Assembly: GCA_965153455.1 (NCBI GenBank)
Contig: OZ234493.1
Coordinates: 21,752,213-21,816,212, forward strand
DNA length: 64,000 nucleotides
Reading direction: 5' to 3'
DNA from: Sphagnum compactum
Taxonomy: Eukaryota
How positions within the stretch are numbered: the first letter of the stretch is position 1; every line of letters starts with the position of its first letter. The notes beneath the pieces were generated by a model. The model was not told where the DNA came from, did not search any database, and saw only the letters and a program-made list of their open reading frames with translations. Below, one piece after another: positions 36,501-48,352 of this stretch. The translations under genes were made by a program, and so were the position numbers.

Positions 36501-39500
36501 TTCAAAGGAATTTCCTAGTGTATTTGGAGGGCAACTTATATCCATAAATGTCCCCCCTAGACAAGAGGAAGGATATATTCTTATTCACCATCGGTCAAAG
36601 GATCCTATTCATAGGCATAATGTCTCTCTGACTTTTAGGGAGTAGGCAAAAGAACCCTCCCCTTCCTAAACCTCATGATTTAAGTTTGTTTTGATTCGTG
36701 ATAACCTTCACCTCATGTTTTACGATGGGCAAAACCTACAAGTGGGGGACATTCCCTAAATGTGAGGCCAAATTCGACTATTGCCTTGTCCTAGGCCCCT
36801 TATTTTGGGAATGTTCTCCACCGTTGACCTTTCCCCTCCACAAAAACTTCAACTTATTTTCACAGACAAACGCCATTGTTGTAGGGTCATAATTTATCTT
36901 GATGCATATTAAAATACATGTTTACAAGTTGAGTTTTGTGAAACCTTACTCCAATGAAATGGATGAAATTATTTTGAAAAAATTCTTTCAAATATCATCA
37001 ACAAAGAAAAAACATATGATAGAAAAATCATGTCTAGTTTGTCACAAAGTTCATTTATGAATACTTCAACTTGATATGAATGTATTTAAAATATTCCTTC
37101 AATTTTGGGCTTGAATTCCTATGGAAGACTTGGAAAAGATTTTGTTTTGGCCAATCAACCCAAACTTGCCCTATTGTGTTGTATTCATCATGTAGTGAGC
37201 TAGAATAATTAAACTTGGAACTTGAATAGTGATGTATAATGATTGTATTTTGAGCAAGTTCTTCAATTTTCTTTTAAGTGATGATAAGGTTAGGTTTCAT
37301 GCAGCTAATTGTTATCATTAATCCTTTAGAGCTATAGGAAACCCCCTTGCACTCATGAACCTCAGACCTACCATTCTATTGCACCCCAAAAGCTTTTTAT
37401 GTCACATGTTCATTTCATGTATGGTATTTCATTAGTAGTGTGTTTCAAACCTAGAAATGCACACTAAAAATGCAAACTGGAATTTGAGTGAACCAAGAAT
37501 TTTTTTGTCTTGTCTCTCATATGGTTCTTGTGATTTCATGTTTGAATTATACAGTAAGCCAGGTCTTTACACATCGATGGAGGTGTTGGTCATCACTAAC
37601 AATTTTGCGAAAAAAATTGGAGAAAATCATTCTGGAACCATGTACCATGGAAAGTTGCAAACCGGACAAAAAGTGGCAGTGAAGGTTTGGGAACTAAAAT
37701 CACATTCAGCTGCCGAAGAGTTTGACCAATTTGGAAAGGTGCGAAATCTGAATGACTGATCAGCTAGCCATGTTTGGTCTTTCCATGTAATCTAAAGTTT
37801 TATGAACAACTTTGAAGGCTTATAACTCACTAAATCCACTTTTCATCAAAATGGAATTTTATTTGAATGTTGCATTGCCTTATAACCCAACTTCAAACAG
37901 GTCCTTACATGATCTAAGTACTTAAAAATAGTAAGACACATTTAAAGGACCAAACATTGAAAGGAGTGAATTTAAGCACTTCATTCAAAGAACAATTCAA
38001 CACCCCTACCAAACTATATTATAAAATATTTTTTAGGTTATGAAATGGGTAATATTGCAACAAACTTTTACCCTACCTATTCTTTTGTTTTTTTGCCAAA
38101 ATTCATGACCTAAATGTGTGTTTGAAATCATAAGGGTTGTGATGTGGGTGTAAAATGTGGGTTCAGATATGTTACAACTCTGAAAACTTGTGTCAACGCA
38201 TTGTCCAAATGATTGGTTATTATGAATCAGAAACTCATCAAATTTCAATCTATCAGTACATGCCTGGTGGAACTTTGCAACACCGTCTTTTTGGTGAGTT
38301 GTTCCTTCACATTGTGCATTACAAAAGTAACTAAGCATGTTGTTGTTTTCTTAATGAACAAATGTTCTAATCACATTTCATTTTCTACCAAGGAATACTT
38401 CATTTCCTATATTCTAAGATATGTCGCTAATGAAATTGTTGCACACAACTAAGAAATCATCATCTTATTTGTAATTTCTTTATGCAAAGTTTGCTACAAT
38501 TACATTTAAAAAAGTATGGTATGTTCAAATTGAGTCTATCAAATTGAATTGTGTATTACGTTTGCAAAATGAATTAATGTTTGTAGTTAATTTCCCTTAC
38601 AATGTTGGTTTTAAAGAGCCCTATTGTCTAGGTCCAAACATGATTTCCACACCATTCTTGAACAAGCTCTAGATTTTGATAAGGGTTGCAACTCAAGTGT
38701 GAATGTATTGCATGCTTGACCTCGTCACTTTGCTAAGACTGGTTTTTTTTTTGTGGTCAATAGTTTAAAATTGTTGTTTTAATTGTTTGTCAACTAACAT
38801 TGGTTGATTTAACTCACTTGTTTCACACATATCTAGACTTGTGTGAGCTTTTCAACCATTGCTTTAGTTTAGATGTGTATGATAAGGGCTCTTGATTTGT
38901 GATTTAAATTTTGGGTTATTTATCCCCATTGTAGCAATATTATTTTGAGGCCAATGTTACTTATTAGTTTATGCAGATGTTCATTGATCATTTGTAATTT
39001 ATCTTATTCACTTCATAATTGATCAAGTCTATGATTTTTATAGATGAAGGTCCATTGGACTCAGAAACTCGTGCCTTAGACTGGAAAGCACGACTCAAAA
39101 TTGCCCTACACATTGCACAAGGTAACATTAAACTTTTAAAAACCCTATCCTCTAATCTATATGAATGTTGTCTTTATTGATTGACAATTTGAACTAGAGT
39201 GCAATGCTTATTCTTTTCAAAATAATATACATGAAATTATTCTTGGAACCAACTTAGCATTCATTCCATTTAATTGTTTTCTCCAAGTTTAACTTCAAAA
39301 GTAAGGTGCCATTTTGGATGATTGCCACATGCATATGTCAATCCAAGAGTTGTAGAAAAATATCATTTATGAATATAATTTTCCATATTTTTATTGCATT
39401 GAACACTTCATCCATAGTTAATGTCTACAAGTATTTTTGGATAAAAAGGTCTATAAGGGCAAAACCCTTTGTATTTCTACATATTGAAGCTTTAGTAGGG

Positions 39501-42500
39501 CTTTGATGAGTCAAACATCACAAACTTGCCCCCTCCTTGTATCTATGTTTTCACAATGTTTTAACAATGTGTTCAAGGCCTTTAGATACATGTCCCCTAA
39601 TTGATAGGGCATTCCCTTACAAGGCTATTCAACTAATGCCATTTCAAAAAACTATGGTAGATCCATGATGGTGGAACTATCAAATTTGGGGGCTTATTTA
39701 TCTATCACACATAATGTTAACATATACAGAAATGAAGGGGCCTATATCCTCTAAGGTTCAATATTCCAAATGGAATTTCACAACAATTGTTGAGGGCTCA
39801 AAATTTCAAGTAATGGTTATTTCCATAATTGGTCTTGTGAGGAAGATAATGGTGTATTCATCATTGCATTGTTTAATGGTTCCATCTGAAATATGAAGAT
39901 TCACTCAACATTATCTGAACAGGGCTACCACATTTTCCCGAACAATATTTCAAACTAGAGAGCAAGAATATTTTTCTTACGAAGAATGGGGTACCCAAGG
40001 TTACTGTTCAGCCATGGCCATTTCACCGGTAAGTATTTTGTGTTGAGTTCTCCATGCATTTCTACGCTACATTATTATTATTTTTTGATTTTTTTAAAAT
40101 GTAAAAGAATTTCCATATTTTCTTCATTAAGCCGATGAGCTCAATTTATAAAACCTCATATATACAAAGTAGTTTCTTTCGAAGCCAACATTTTTAATGT
40201 TTTTGGTAGATGTCATTGTCACATTGCAATCCCAACTAGTGCTTAAAGTGCATTTCCAAATCTATTGGTGGACTTTCTCTCACTTAGAAGGAATGTCCAA
40301 CACAAAATTTACATGGACTCAATTTGTGTGTCAATTAGTCTATTTGACGTTTGTTAATGAGTCATCTATTACTGTTAAATAGTTTGAAATTTTATAAACA
40401 TAAAATTAAACATATGCATGGATATTACAAGATTTTATCCTTTAATGTTTGGGTTGGTATAGACCAACATAAATATTGAGATGGAATGCCATAAAAGTCA
40501 TCCATGGACCTGGATGGCCCTTATTTCACCATTATTAGTTACAAGAAAAACATGCATTTTTTTCCATATAGGTCAAATTTCTTAAAGATATAGCACTTGG
40601 GGGTCAAATCATTACAAAGTAAAAAATATAGGCATTACTAAACTATTAATTTAGGTCATGTTTGCATAATATCCTCCTTGCAAAATCTACTTTCATTCAT
40701 TAGGTGTATTCAAATTGAAGCCCTAAACTGTTGATTTCAATGGCCACATTTGGTGAAACAATATGGAATCTAAAGCCATGGTCATAATTTTATGCACTAC
40801 ATTGATTCCATGATAAAGCATCTAACCATCTGATTATGGTTCTCAGGGAAAACTCTCTTGTTTACGAATTTGGACATCTTTTATGGGAACTAATTTCTGG
40901 ACAGCAACAATGCGAACCTAGAGAAGGATTGAATTGGGTATTATTCCTTGAATCTACAATGCATCTTTTTTGCACACATAATTGTCCAACTGTTAGCCAT
41001 CAAATGCATTGAGGAATTATAGTTCCATTAGATCCATTTCGGGCATCTATATTATAAGAAAAAAAGATTGACTAACGAACATTGACAACAATAATTATTA
41101 AATCAAAAAGTTTAAATTTTTTTCTAGTATGCCTAAATAATTTAGATCAATTCATCAAGATAGAAATTTCCTCCCCAGATGCCAATGAAAGTCAAGTTAT
41201 GGAGGAGACCATATTTCATACACAAAACTAATGTATAAACTTGTAATAACAACAAGGAAAAATAAGAGAAGAATTTAGCTGAACAAAAGAAGGTCAGTAC
41301 AAAACCCATATGTTGTTCATGTATGCCATCCAAGAAGTGAACATGCAATGTGAAATGTCTTATTGCATCAAAGTAAAAATTTGATGACATGTTCCCAAAC
41401 TGCAAACCTTTCTCCTTCATTGTTACAAAGAATAAATTGACTTGTGTGGACTCAAGGATAGGTGGAGGATTTTCGCAACGAGGGGTTCATTGACCCCACC
41501 CTTGGTTCTAATTTCCGAGAAGAAAGCATGATGAAAACTATAAGGATAGCACATTCTTGTATGCAACCAATGGGGGCTCCACCAATAATGGATGATTTAA
41601 TCAATGAAATGAATGATGCATTGCAATTGGAAAAAGGTCAAAACATTGAAGAAGGTGGTATGAACATTGAAATTCCTCAGTATGCTTCACAATCAAAAAC
41701 ATGTGCCTCACTTGAAACTACTTTGGAAGAGATCAAGAAGCAGACAATATTTGATGAAAAGTCTATCTCTGATTGTGATCCTAAAGGGAAAAGACAACAA
41801 CAACCTCAAACAAGCACTACACAAAGTCATGGTTCCAGGTCAGTGTTCCAAATTGTTCCCGTATATCATTTAATGCAAGAAATGACTAGAGGTTTGATTG
41901 TCAATAATCTGCGTTGTGGGATTGTGTAATGGGTTTTTGTTCATTTGGGACCTTTCCACTGTAAAGATGGATGTGATGATAGAGTATTGATTGATTGTTG
42001 GAGATTTTTTGTTGCAAGGTCCCCAATATGGACCTTATAAGACAAACAACCCTTCATGTGTAAAACATTCAAAGGAATTTCTTATTGTACTTGGAGGGCA
42101 CATTATATCCATCAATGTCCCCCTTAGAAAAGAGGAGGGATATATTCTTATTCCCCACCAGTCAGAGGATCCTACTTATAGGCATAATGTCCTTCCCACT
42201 CTTAGGGAGTAAGCATAAGAACCCTCCCTTTCTTAAACCTCATGATCTACATTTGTCTAGGTTCATGATAACATTCACCTCATGCTTTACAATTGGCAAA
42301 GTCCACAAGTGGGGGGGACATTCCTTGAATGTGAGGCCAAACTCAACTACTGCCTTGTCCTAGGCCCCTTATTTTGGGAATGGTCCCCCGCCCTTGACCT
42401 TTCCCCTTGACAAAAATTTCAGTTTATTTTCACAGACAAACACCGTTGTCATAGGGTCATAATTTACCCCAGTGCATATTGAAGTGCATGTTTATAGGTT

Positions 42501-44607
42501 GGGCTTTGTGAAACCTTACTCCAATGAAATGGTTGAAGTTATTCTGAGAAGAATTCTTTTATATATCATTCACAATGAAAAAAATATGATAGAAAAATAA
42601 CGTCCAATTTGTAAAAAAGTTCATTTATGAACACTTCAAGTTAATATGAATGTGTTTAACATATTACTTCAGTTGGGGTCTCCAATCCTTAAGGAGGACT
42701 TGAAGAGATTTTCATTTTTGCCAATCAGCCCACACACCCTATTGTTTTGTATTCATAATGTAGAAAGCTAGAATGATTGTATCTGGGAGATGAACAACAA
42801 GGTTCAAATGGTGAAGGTGTGGTAACCACAATTGCATGTTCAAGGATGATGTGCATCATTAGAATGAACAAAGGCCACACTTGGATTTGTAAATGTGGCC
42901 TAATAACACAAGAATTTTTCTTTTGTAATTGGTTGCAGAGATTCCAAAGGTGATTCAATGTGTTCAAGTAGCGATGATGAAATGCCTTTAACAAGCAAGA
43001 AAGAAAGTTTATCTCCACAACCAGAGTTGTGTGGCACCATTACAAGCATTGAAGGTGTTCCAAACCTGCCAACCATGAGGAGAAGTTCAATTATGGTTGC
43101 TAGCAGAAAAAATAATGAAGGCAATGTGGAGTTACTTTTTGAAGATGCAGAAAACATGACTCAGGTTGTTGGTGTGGGGCTTGAGTGGGCCAAGGTGGTT
43201 GTCACCAAAGAGTTGGACGTGGAGGTGAGACAAATTGGAAAGCATGCGTGGAAAGGCTTGTGGGAAGATCAGGGTTGTGAAAAACTTGAGCTGCTAGAAA
43301 TCATTCTTCCAGAGCCAGAGACAAAGGTTGGAGGTTCCTTAAATACAAGGCTAGAAGATGAACTTGAAAGATTTGGGATTGGGTTGACAAAAAGTGATGT
43401 AATTGGGATGTATGCAGAAAACCACCTTGAACAATTGAAGGAAGGATTCTTTCCTCTTGTATATGATCTAGCGGAATACATGGGACTTGAAGGAGAAAAT
43501 TCTATCAGATGTAGACAAGTTTCAGGGGGTGAAGGTGGAAGCTCGAAGGATGCTGCAAAGGTTAGATGTTCAACAGAGAAGTCCAGAGGAAAAAAAGATG
43601 TGCATCAAGATCCATCCCAAGATCCACCTGAAGATGGCTCTCAAGATGGCTTTCAAGGTCCACCACAAGGTCCACCACAAGGTCCCTCTGAGCCATTGGC
43701 TATGGAGGGAAAAAAGACTCTTCTTGTCTCTATTTTTCCACTACGGGGCTACCTCTCTCATGGACCAGGTGGGCAAGAGATTCATGATGACCATGAACTA
43801 TATCAGGCAACAATTGTGCCTGTCCTCAAATTTATGTTTGAAGTGGATGGAGGCCAGAGGAAGATAACCACCACATTAATATTAACATGTGATCTTGGGG
43901 AACGTGGTGGACCGGATGTCAACCCCGGAAAGCTTGGATATTTCCAGGACAACATCACAATATCCTTACATTGTGAAATGGACAAGGCTGCAACTCTTTT
44001 ATCTCGTAGGGTGGAAAATGTAGAGATTGTGAAAATGACAACTACAACCAATGCTTCAAGTTTGTACAAGTGGGAATGCAGAGGTGAAATCTCTGTGCCA
44101 TTTTTGGGTATTCAAGCTGGAGGAGGTGATGGTCAAACTAACGAGAGGGGTTCTTCATCTACTCATGAAACTCCAGTCACCCAGTTAAGTAGATTTTATG
44201 TTACTTCGAAATGTCGTGGAAGCAGCTTGATTTACAACTTTCTTTACCCGAAAGAAGTTCAGGCTCACATCGCTGATGAAAAGCAAGGTCCAAGGGAACT
44301 GATAACATCAGGAATAGGTGGAACATTTGAGCCAACCATTGTTGGTGAATGGGATGGTCTGGACCAGAGCAAAAAGTGCAGCTACATTTTCAAGACAAAA
44401 AGGGACATTACTTCCATTGAGGGTTTAAGGAAGTCACATGGGAGTGGAGAAGAACCTGAATGCTTCAAACAACAGTATGAGCTACCTTTGTGGGTGAATC
44501 ATTCAATGAAACACATATTGCAGAGGCATGAAATTAAAGAACTTCGAGCCCCAAAAGTAAATATGTTAAAAAATGTGATTGGAGCAAAACCTGCATTGCG
44601 TGCGTGA
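30579..44607 (+). CDS. Predicted 14-exon gene (1454 aa): 5x56-aa repeats + two tandem RLK/Pelle-derived pseudokinase domains + large C-terminal domain (putative beta-pore-forming fold)
   Basis: Manual model, all GT-AG and phase-compatible: 30579-31516, 31982-32168, 32545-32668, 33378-33455, 34293-34407, 35205-35301, 35846-36047, 37563-37738, 38167-38293, 39044-39121, 39923-40028, 40847-40937, 41462-41838, 42939-44607 (4365 nt, no internal stop). The start codon and the 36047->37563 junction are the least certain parts. Confidence 0.72.
30603..31450 (+). repeat. Coding tandem repeat, 168 bp / 56 aa x 5
   Basis: Units start at 30603, 30771, 30939, 31107 and 31275: TDGSSGRPVMSGEPSESSAKSVLTEVTRSNKRVLRGSTIAKEEMDATPKSEVLFNT. 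Confidence 0.97.
31982..36047 (+). CDS. Pseudokinase module 1 (6 exons)
   Basis: YTLMEVKVMTDNFGKEIHWEPWGTMYHGKLQTGQEVAVKVW / HIVKVIGYCEEGDQQISIYEYMPGGTLKHLH / LDGKTRLQIALHIAQG / LQHFPGLCSKLRSNDIFLTENWVPKVQFSP / FGVFLWELISG / MSDVIDEINGAL. RLK-type subdomains with the VAVK lysine kept, but no GxGxxG, HRD or DFG. Confidence 0.88.
37555..41838 (+). CDS. Pseudokinase module 2 (6 exons)
   Basis: TNNFAKKIGENHSGTMYHGKLQTGQKVAVKVW / RIVQMIGYYESETHQISIYQYMPGGTLQHRLF / LDWKARLKIALHIAQG / LPHFPEQYFKLESKNIFLTKNGVPKV / VYEFGHLLWELISG / FIDPTLGSNF. Open throughout and ends at a phase-2 donor TCCAG|GTCAGT. Confidence 0.88.
42939..44607 (+). CDS. Terminal exon (~555 aa): unknown domain, QDPP/QGPP linker, beta-rich C-terminal domain
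   Basis: Uninterrupted 549-aa ORF. The acceptor TTTTTCTTTTGTAATTGGTTGCAG|A at 42938/42939 is phase 2 and joins in frame to the 41838 donor (AG+A = Arg). Confidence 0.88.
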
Positions 44608-44944
44608 TGTATATGTAATAATATTTCCAAACACAACATGGTTATTTTGCATGTTGTTTTGTGGGGTTGTTTTCTAAATTAGTGTACAGTTGTGCTTGGA
44701 TTACCCAATTCACAATTATTAAGTATCATCCATCACAATGCAAATGTTGAATTACATTACCCAACAACCTATTTTCCATTTCTTGGTCAGAATCATATTT
44801 CTTTATTGATGTTGTGCTCTACAATGTTTTCTGTGTCTAGATAACCCTCTCTTCAAACTCTTTCCAATTTATGGAACTCAAAATTGAAAGCTCAAAATTC
44901 ACAAAAGTTTGTTTTTATGTTGGTTGGCTTGTTGTGGGAATGTT

Positions 44945-46673
44945 GACTGTGTGGTGTTTTACATAGTTCAAAATGGAGGGCATTTTGTGTTGGAACATCT
45001 GCAGATGTTTGTCTTACTTAAGTTTTACATCATCTGTAGAAGCATGTTTGGTGTGCTCTCATGTCACAATTTCCTCAACCTTTTAACTGTCTTTTGTCAC
45101 TCCCCAATTCCTTGACTACGTTTCCTATATGACCCTTCCCCAATTTCAATTCCCAGGGCACCATTTATATGTTGTCACTCAAAATTCTTCCTTGAAACTT
45201 TCAAGCCCTCTTCCCTTTCTGTCCCCATGCCATGTCTTTTGAACCGATAGAGCTAATGATGTTTGACACCTATATAAGCTTACTAAACTTTTATGAGTAT
45301 ACAAATGTTCTTTCCAAGGTGCCCTTTATGGAATATGTGTGATCAAGGGACATTTGAACCTTTGGCACCAATTGGCTTACAAAGCTTGGGAACGTAAGAA
45401 TTGACTAACCATAATGTCTTGTTCATCTTTCAAATTGTAGCTGCTGTTCACATGTTTGAACTGAAAATTAGCACTTGCTGATGTGCATAGAGTATGTGAG
45501 CCAAATGATGACTGATGAGAAACAAATGAAGATGAAAATTTGTCTAGATTTGTAACTCTTAGTGCTACCCACCTCACCACTGTGTCAAAGGACTTCATGC
45601 AACCCTTGCACACACTTAGAAGGTGAGTTGAAAAACCGTGTTTCATTTTTCTCTGTAAGTTCGCAAGATCTATAATGTGCCACCACTGACTGCTGAAAAT
45701 TGAGAGTATATTTTAAGATTTAAAGATTGCAAATGTTCTTTTGTTATGACATATATGGATTAGATAAGTGTATTAATTTTTTTTAAATTGTCTCTAGAAG
45801 GCGCTACATTTGAGTTTTTTTCCAATAAGTAGATACAAGGTTTAAGATCTAGTAGAGTCAAAGATCCTCAAACCTTGCCATTCTTTTTATGAGGCTCATA
45901 ATTTTGGTGTTGAAAAATTTGCCCTTTCTTTTCATTCCTTGAACTGTTTAAAGTTTCATAAAATCCCATTTATATTGAGATTTTTTTTGTAAATTCCTAG
46001 TTTCTATTTGTATAGTGAATTTGACCAATGTCTCTAAATGGCTCAGTTCCTTTACAAACCCATACGTTACCACTTGTGGTCAATGATCTTTTTGTATTAA
46101 AACTTAGCAAGGCTCATGTTCATTTGTTAGTGATTAAATTTTCATTTACTGTGCAGATTAAATCTTTTGGAATTGGAGTTTGATAAACTTTCTCTTATGC
46201 ACAAACATATCAAAGATATAAATTCTATATACAATAAGAGGAACCTAGTTCATGTTCCAACTTTTTTCCTGGCAAATTTCAAATTATGAAAATATGAAAA
46301 TAAGTAACTCATATGGGAATTGAATCACCAAATTTTGAAAACTAGAAATAGACATAGCCCGATCATTATATTAGTTCCAATACGTAGCCAACAATATAGA
46401 TAAATGTTATTTATTGTTCCAACTTTTTTATAGCCAGTTTGGTTAAATCTCTTTATCAATGATCATGACTTTGGTTACATCACAAATTGAACACCAAATC
46501 GATCTAGAAACCTATATGAAGGAGAGATTATTTTTTTGTGTTCAATTCTCACTATTGTGTCAAAACAAATTTTAGAAAAACTGGAAATTTTTAGTCTAAA
46601 ATGTGCTTTCTTCACAAGAAGTTGGCATGTTGGCAAAATCGCAAAATTGAAAATAAACAAAACATTGGTAAGA
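44945..46673 (+). repeat. ~1.73-kb direct repeat, copy 1 (copy 2 at 58303-60033)
   Basis: Colinear from TGTGTGGTGT..TACA to AAACAAAACA.TGGTAAGA. Paralogous ORFs 44909/58247. Confidence 0.88.
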
Positions 46674-47959
46674 TCATTTGGGTTTTTAAGGTTAAGCCTT
46701 ATGATTTAATGTTTAAGAAATTTGGTTCATATACATGAAGGCTTACGGTTTATACTTTAGATTTTGCTCATTGTATTGATTTTTTATTTTATCACTTGTT
46801 TAGATCTATAACATAATTATGAATTTTGTTTGTTTCCATATGTTCCATAATTGTTAAAGTTTAATATTTCTTAACCCACTTTTGTTTAAATGTAATACCC
46901 ATATCACATTGTGATAATTCATTAACCATGAAACATAAAAACATTTTTGAAATATTTGATTCCCCCTCAATACATCATGAAATTCATGTTTTCAAAATTA
47001 TTTATTCACCATATAGTATGATTTAACATATATAAAAATGAACATAATGCAAAATTGGTCACATTGATGATACAAGGGGTTAGGGTTTAATGTAAAATTT
47101 ACTACTTAATGTTAGAATTATGGTTTAGGTTTAGAGTTTAAGACATATAAATTAATTAACATTTTTTTTACAAGTCTATAATAATTAAAATAAATTTAAG
47201 GTGCATTTTGGGCGAAATTTTTAAAGCTTAAACATATGTAAAACATTGTAATGTCATTTTATATTTTTTTAAAGAAAGTGAAAGAACTTAACTTGGAAAT
47301 ATTACCAAATGGTAATAAATATATATATTTTTGTGTTTCCCTAAATGTTATACCCATATTCAAGTTCATTTTGATATAACCTTGAAGTGATTTAGGTAAC
47401 CTAACGTGTAAACCCAACCCTAAATGCAATACCCACATGTTAGGTCATTTCCAAATAACCAATATGTAGTTTGGGTGGCCTTTTCATGAAAACCAAAACT
47501 TATATGTAATACTTGCATGCAAATTCATTTTGAAATAATCCATAGGTGATTTAGACAACCTTAGGTGAATAATCAACCCTAAATGCAACATTCACATTTA
47601 AGGTCATTTCAAAATAAGTGGTTTGGGTACCCAAAATATGTCTATTTATATACTTAAATTAATTTTATGACAATTAATTATCATGAATAATTATCAAAAA
47701 TAATGATTTGACTAATTTATCAACATAAAAAATGTAATTAAAATGATAAATTAAATATCAAATTATTAATTTTATTTTTAAATCTAAATTCGAATTATTT
47801 GAATAATTAAAGTTCAACCAAATAATTAATTAATTCATATTTTAAAAATATGATAATCAATCATTTACATTATTTGAAATAATTTTCTAGTAATCCCTTA
47901 ATTATGACATTAATTGTTGATATTTAGACTAGATTATTATGTCATATGACTCCATAAAT

Positions 47960-48352
47960 ATTACAATGGAAACCTATATGCAAATAATGCAAAAGATGTT
48001 TAAAATCAACAACTATTTATGGACTTACATGCGGGTATTGTAATGGATGTAAAAACCAACAACTATTACGAAACCTGTATGCAAGTATTGCAATGGTTGT
48101 AAAAAACCCAGCATCTATTACGAGACCTATATGCAAATATTGCAATGGTTGTAAAAAACCCAACAACTATTACGAAACCTATATGCGGGTATTGCAATGG
48201 TTGTAAAAAAACCAGCCACTATTAAAAAATTTATAATCGAGTATTACAATGGTTGTAAAAAAACCAGCCACTATTACGAGACCTATATGCGGGTATTGCA
48301 ATGGTTGTAAAAAAACCAACCACTATTCCGAAACCTATATGTGAGTATTGCA
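47960..48352. repeat. Minisatellite, ~53-55-bp unit, ~7 copies (about 3 in the paralog at 11860-11990)
   Basis: Unit GTATTGCAATGGTTGTAAAAAACC..C.ACTATTACGA.ACCTATATGC. Confidence 0.88.

Larger units (their letters stand above)
31700..42780 (+). repeat. Intragenic tandem duplication of a ~5.5-kb unit (31700-37210 and 37272-42780)
   Basis: Exons and introns are both colinear between units, e.g. AGGTTAGGTTTCA at the left ends and ATGTAG..AGCTAGAAT at the right ends. Confidence 0.92.

Noticed and set aside
47960-48352. ~55-bp repeats as a CRISPR-like array
   Set aside because: The intervening parts are homologous to each other, so it is an ordinary minisatellite.
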